From positions 10,176,001 through 10,240,000 of the forward strand of contig CP068257.2 of the NCBI GenBank assembly GCA_009914755.4: a DNA stretch of 64,000 bases, given 5' to 3'. Made by a program: the position numbers and the translations under genes. This DNA comes from the human T2T-CHM13v2.0 reference genome, Homo sapiens. The notes beneath the pieces were generated by a model. It was given only the letters and a program-made list of their open reading frames with translations. It was not told where the DNA came from and made no database searches. Shown here piece by piece: positions 41,501-64,000 of this stretch. Numbering within the stretch: position 1 is the stretch's first letter; every line of letters starts with the position of its first letter.

Positions 41501-44500
41501 ATTCCATTCCACTCCATTGCATCCCACTCCATTCCACTCCACTCAACTTAACTCCATTCCACTCCACTCCACTTAACTCCATTCCATTCCATTCCATTCC
41601 ATTCTTTTCCAATCCACTCCATGCCATTCAACTCCACTGCATTCCATTCCATTTGACTGCACTCCATTCTATTCCATTCCATTTTGTTCCATTCCACTGT
41701 CCTCCAATCCACTCCACTCAACTGCACTCCACTCCGCTCCACTCCATTCCATTCCATTCCATTCCATTTCATTCCACTCCTTTCCATTCCATTGCACTAA
41801 ATTCCTTTCCATTCCACACCACTCCATTGCATTCCATTCCACACCATTCCATTTCATTCCACTCCATTCCATTGCATTCCACTAGATTCAATTACATTCC
41901 ACTCCACTCAACTCCACTCCACTCTACTCAGTTCCGTTCTGTTACATTCCATTCTGTTCTTTTCCATTCCATTCCATTCCCTTCCGCTCCACTTTATTCC
42001 ATTCCACTCTATTCCATTCCACTCCCCTCCACTCCACTCCGCTCCACTCCACTCAACTCCATTCCACTCCACTCCACTCTACTCCAATTTGTTCCATTCC
42101 GTTCCTTTCCATTCTGTTCCATTGCGTTCCATTCCACTCCATTCCATTCCACTCCACTCCACTCCATTTTACTAAATTCCACTTCATTCATCTCCACTCC
42201 ACTCCACTCCATTACATTCCATTTCATTGCACTCCACTCCATTCCATTCCATTCCTTTCCATTCCATTCAATTCCATGCCACTCCACTGCACTCCAATCC
42301 ACTCCACTCAAATCCATTCCACTCCACTCCATTCTGTTCTGTTTCATTCCATTGCTTTCCATTCCATTCCTTTCCATTCCATTCAATTTCATTTCATTCC
42401 ACTGCATTCCATTCCACTCCATTACACTCCACTCCACTCCACTCGAATCCACTCCACTCCACTCCATTCCACTACACTACACTCCATTCCATTCCATTCC
42501 ATTCCACTGCAACTCCGATTCACTCCACTCCATTCCACTACACTACACTCCATTCCATTCCATTCCATTCCATTCCACTGCAACTCCGATTCACTCCACT
42601 GAATTCCAATCCACTTCACTCCATTGCATTCAATTCAATGCCACCCCACTCCTTTCCATTCAATTTATTTCCATTCCATTCCGTTCCACTGCACTCCGAT
42701 TAGCTCCGCTAAACTCCACTCCACTCCACTCCTCCCCGTTCCTTTCTGTTCCATTCCATTCCATTCCATTCCAATCCGTACAATTCCATTCCATTCCACA
42801 CCACTCAATTCCATACAACTCCATAGCACTCCACTCCACTCCAACTCACTCCAATCGACTCCACTCAACTCCACTCCTCTCCACTCCACTGCACTCCATT
42901 CCACTCTGATCCCCTCCAGTCCACTCCACTCCATTCCATTCTGTTCCATTCCATTTCCTTTCGTTCTGTTCCATTCATCTCCATTCCATTCCTTTCCATC
43001 CCACTCGATTCCACTCCACTAAATTCCACTCCACTCTATTCCACTCCACTCCACTCCATATCACTCCATTCCATTTCACTCCACTTCATTACATTCTACT
43101 CCATTCCATTCAATTCCTTTATTTCCACTGGATGTCACTCTGTCACTCAAACTGGAGTGCAGTGGCACAATCTTAGCTCACATTTCATTTCACAATTCCA
43201 TTCCATTCCATTCCATTTCATTCCATTCCTTTCCATTCCATTCCATTCCTTTCCATTCCATTCCACTCTCTTCAACTCCAATCCACTACACTCCATTCCA
43301 CTTCTCTGCATCCCACTCCAGTACACTGGAATCCACTCCAATCCACTCCACTCCATTCCACTACCCTCTACTCCATTCCATTCCACTCCATACCACTTCA
43401 TAACAATCCACTCCAATCCTTTCCACTCCACTCCACTCAATTCCACTGCAATCCACTCCAATCCATTCCATTCCATTCCAATCCACTCCATTCCATTCCA
43501 TTGCATTCCCTTCCAATCCACTCTACTCCATTCAATTTCGTTCCCCTCCAATCCTCTCCACTCCACTCCATTCCACTCAATTCCATTCCACTCCACTCAA
43601 TTCCATTCCATTCTACTCCATTCCACTCCACGCTACTCCACTCCACTCCACTACACTCCACTTAATTTTATTCCATTCCATTCCATTCCATTCCATTCCA
43701 TTCCATTCCATTCCATACCATTCCACTCCACTCCACTCCAATCCAATCCGTTCCATTCCACTGCACTCTGATCCACTCCACTCAACTCCACTCCATTCCA
43801 CTTCATTCCATTTGATTCATTGCCACACCCCTCCTTTCCATTCTATTCCATTCCATTCCATTCCATTCCACTGCACTCCTATCCACTCCACTCAACTCCC
43901 CTCCACTCCACTATTTTCCATTCCATTCCATTCCATTCCATTCCATTCCTTTCCATTCCATTCATTTCCATTCCATTCCACGCCACTCCATTCCATTCAA
44001 CTCCATTGAACTCCAATCCACTAAACTCCAATCCAATCCACTCCACTCCACTCCACTACGTTCCACTCCACTACACTCCACTACACTCCACTACTCTCCA
44101 CTCTGTTCCATTCCGTTCCTTTCCATTCCATTCTGTTCTGTTCTGTTACATTCCACTCCATTCCATTCCATTCCACTCCAATGCACTCCAATCCATTTCA
44201 CTGCATTCAACTCCATTCCACTCCACTCCAATCCACTTCACTCCATTCCATTCCGCTCCTTTGCATTCCATTCCACTCCATTCTATTCCATTCCATTCCA
44301 CTCCATTCAACTCCATTCACCTCCACTTCCTTTCTCTCCATTCTGTTCCACTACACTACACTCAATTCCCTTCCATTCCATTCCATTCCACTCCATTTCT
44401 TTCCATTCCATTCCACTCCATACCACTCCATTCCATTCTATTTCATTCCATTCCACTGTACTCCAATCCACACCACTTGACTCCACTGCAATCCACCCCA

Positions 44501-47016
44501 GTCCGTTCCATTTCGTTTCACTCCTTTCCCTTCCATTCCTCTCTATTCCATTCCACTCCACTCCAATCCAATCCACTCCACTCCTTTCCATACCACTCCA
44601 TTCCATTCTAGTCCACTCCAATCACTCCATTCCATTGCATTCCACCCCATGCCACTCCATTCCACTCCACTCCATGCCACTGCACTCCATTCCATTCCAG
44701 TCCTCTCCATTACACTCCATTCCATTCCATTCCATTCTATTCTATTCCATTCCATTCCATTCCATTCCATTCCATTCCATTCCATTCCATTCTACTCTAG
44801 TCGGGTTGATTCCTTTCCTTTCACTTCCATTCCATTCCACTCCATTCCATTGTACTCCACCCCATTCCACTCCATTCCATTCCACTCCACTCCATTCCAT
44901 TTCATTCCATTCCATTCCATTCCACTGCACTTCCTTCTACTCCACTCAACTCCACTACACACCACTCCATTCAATTTTGTTCCATTCCATTCCGTTCCAT
45001 TCCACTTCATTCCACTCCACTACACTCAATTTTACTCCGCTCCATTTCACTCCATTCCACTCCATTCCACTCCACTCCACTCCATTCCATTCCACTCCAC
45101 TCCATTCCACTCCTTTCCATTCCATTCCATTCCATTCCATTCCGTTCCATTCCACTCCATTCCACTCTGTTCCATTCCATTCCACTCCATTCCACTCTGT
45201 TCCATTCCATTCCCTTCCACTGCACTCCTATCCACTCGACTCAACTCCACTCCACTGCACTCCACTCCGTTCCACTCCCTTCAATTCCATTCCGTTGCGT
45301 TCCATTCCATTCCATTCCATTCCATTCCACTCCAATCCATTGCATTCCACACCATTCCACTCCACTCCTTTCCCTTCCACTCCTTTCAACTCCTTTCCAC
45401 TCCATTCTATTCCATTCCTTTCCACTCCTTTCCATTCCATTCCATTACACTCCACTCCATTCCATTCCATTCCACTCCATTCAATTTGATTCCTGTATTT
45501 CGGGTGGATCTCACTCTGTCACACAGAGATTAGTGCAATATCACAATCTTAGCTCACATTTCATTTCACCATTCCATTCAACACCACTCCATTACATTCT
45601 ACTGCACTCTATTCCACTCCACTCCACTCCATTTAACTCCACTCCACTCCACTCCATTCCATTCCATTCCATTCTATTTAATTCCACTGCACTCTGATAC
45701 ACTCCACTCAACTCCACTCTACTCCACTCCACTACACTACGTTCCATTCCATTCATTTTCCTTCCGTTCCATTCTGTTCCACTCCAGTCCATTACATTCC
45801 ACTCCACTCCTTTCCAGTCCATTCCATTCCATTCCACTCGACTCCACTCCACTCCACTTCTTTCCATTAAATTCCATTCCATTCCACTGCACTCTGATCC
45901 ACTCCACTCATTTCCACTCCATTTCACTCCACTCTGTTCCGTTCCATTCCAATCTCTTCCATTCCAGTCCATTCCATTCCATTCCACTGAATTCTGCTCC
46001 ATTCCACTCAATTCCATTGCACTCCGTTCCACTCCATTCCACTCTATGTTATTCCAGTCCATTCCTCTCCTTTCCATTCCCTTTCTGTCCACTGCATTCA
46101 ACTCCAGTCCACTCCACTCCATTCCACTCCTCTCCACTCCATTCCACTGCATTCCACTCCACTCCATTCCACTCCTCTCCACTCCATTCCACTCCATTCC
46201 ATTGCAATCCCCTCCATTCCATTCCGTTCCTTTATATCGAATGGATCTCACTCTGTAACTCAGACTTAAGTGCAGTGGCACAATCTTAGCTCACATTTTA
46301 TTTCACCATTCCATTCCATTCCATTCCATTCCATTCCATTCCACTCTACTCCATTCAATTCCACTCCATTCCACTCCATGCCACTCCACTCCTCTTCACT
46401 CCACTCCATTCCACTCCATTCCATTCCATTCCACTGAACTCCAATCCACACCACTCAACTCCACTTGACTCCACTCTACTCCATTCCATTCCGTTTCATT
46501 CCTTTCCATTCCATTCATTTCCATTCCACTCCTTTATATTCCGCTCCACTCCATTCTACTCCACTCCACTCCATTCTACTCCACTCCTCTCCATTCCATT
46601 CCATTTCTCTCCACTCCACTTCATTCCGTGCTATTCCATTCCATTCCATTCCATTCCTTTCCCCTTCACTCCATTCCATTCCACTCCACTCCACACCACT
46701 TTACTCCGTTACCTTCCTTTCCATTCAATTCCGTTCCACTCCGTTCCATTCCGTTCAATTCTATTCCGTTCCACTCTACTCCAGTCCACTCCATTCCGTT
46801 TCACTCCATTCCGCTCCATTCCATTCCACTCCACTCCACTCCATTTCATTCTACTCCATTCCATTCCATTCCTTTATTTATAATGGATCTCACTCTGTCA
46901 GCCAGACTGGAGTGCAGTGGCACAATCTTAGCTCACATTTCATTTCACCATTCCATTCAACACCACTCCATTACATTCTACTGCACTCTATTCCACTCCA
47001 CTCCACTCCATTTAAC

Positions 47017-64000
<16,984 letters not shown>

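Overview
This window is human (hominoid) pericentromeric satellite DNA and contains no credible protein-coding genes. The layout is as follows.

1. **Alpha satellite, 1-2450 and 4367-8243.** About 171-bp monomers, mostly divergent and monomeric in style. They lie in reverse-complement orientation relative to the usual consensus. A local 340-bp dimer duplication sits at 4561-5240.

2. **SVA insertion, 2451-4158.** A plus-oriented composite SVA retrotransposon: (CCCTCT)n, Alu-like region, VNTR, SINE-R, poly-A. It is followed by about 200 bp of non-satellite sequence with a second short A-tail (4159-4366), and the whole insertion is bracketed by an about 14-bp target-site duplication. This is the signature of an SVA 3' transduction.

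3. **Satellite junction, about 8245.** The alpha satellite abuts pentameric (CCATT)n/(GGAAT)n HSat3-type satellite directly, with no intervening sequence. HSat3 then runs to the end of the window.

4. **HSat3 block A, 8244-19359.** It carries a conserved about 60-75 bp Alu-derived fragment roughly every 400 bp.

5. **HSat3 higher-order unit, 19360 onward.** The satellite is organised as a 27,657-bp unit. Copy 1 is 19360-47016 and a partial copy 2 is 47017-64000. The copies are near-identical and differ mainly by pentamer copy-number slippage. The unit contains a full-length AluY with a 14-bp TSD (present in both copies), a nested roughly 1.4-kb HOR (about 37600-41500), and small 161/181-bp tandem duplications.

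All long ORFs in the six-frame track are low-complexity artefacts of stop-codon-poor pentamer repeats (HSIPF... / MEWNG...). I therefore find no novel gene system. The interesting biology here is satellite architecture and dated retroelement insertions.
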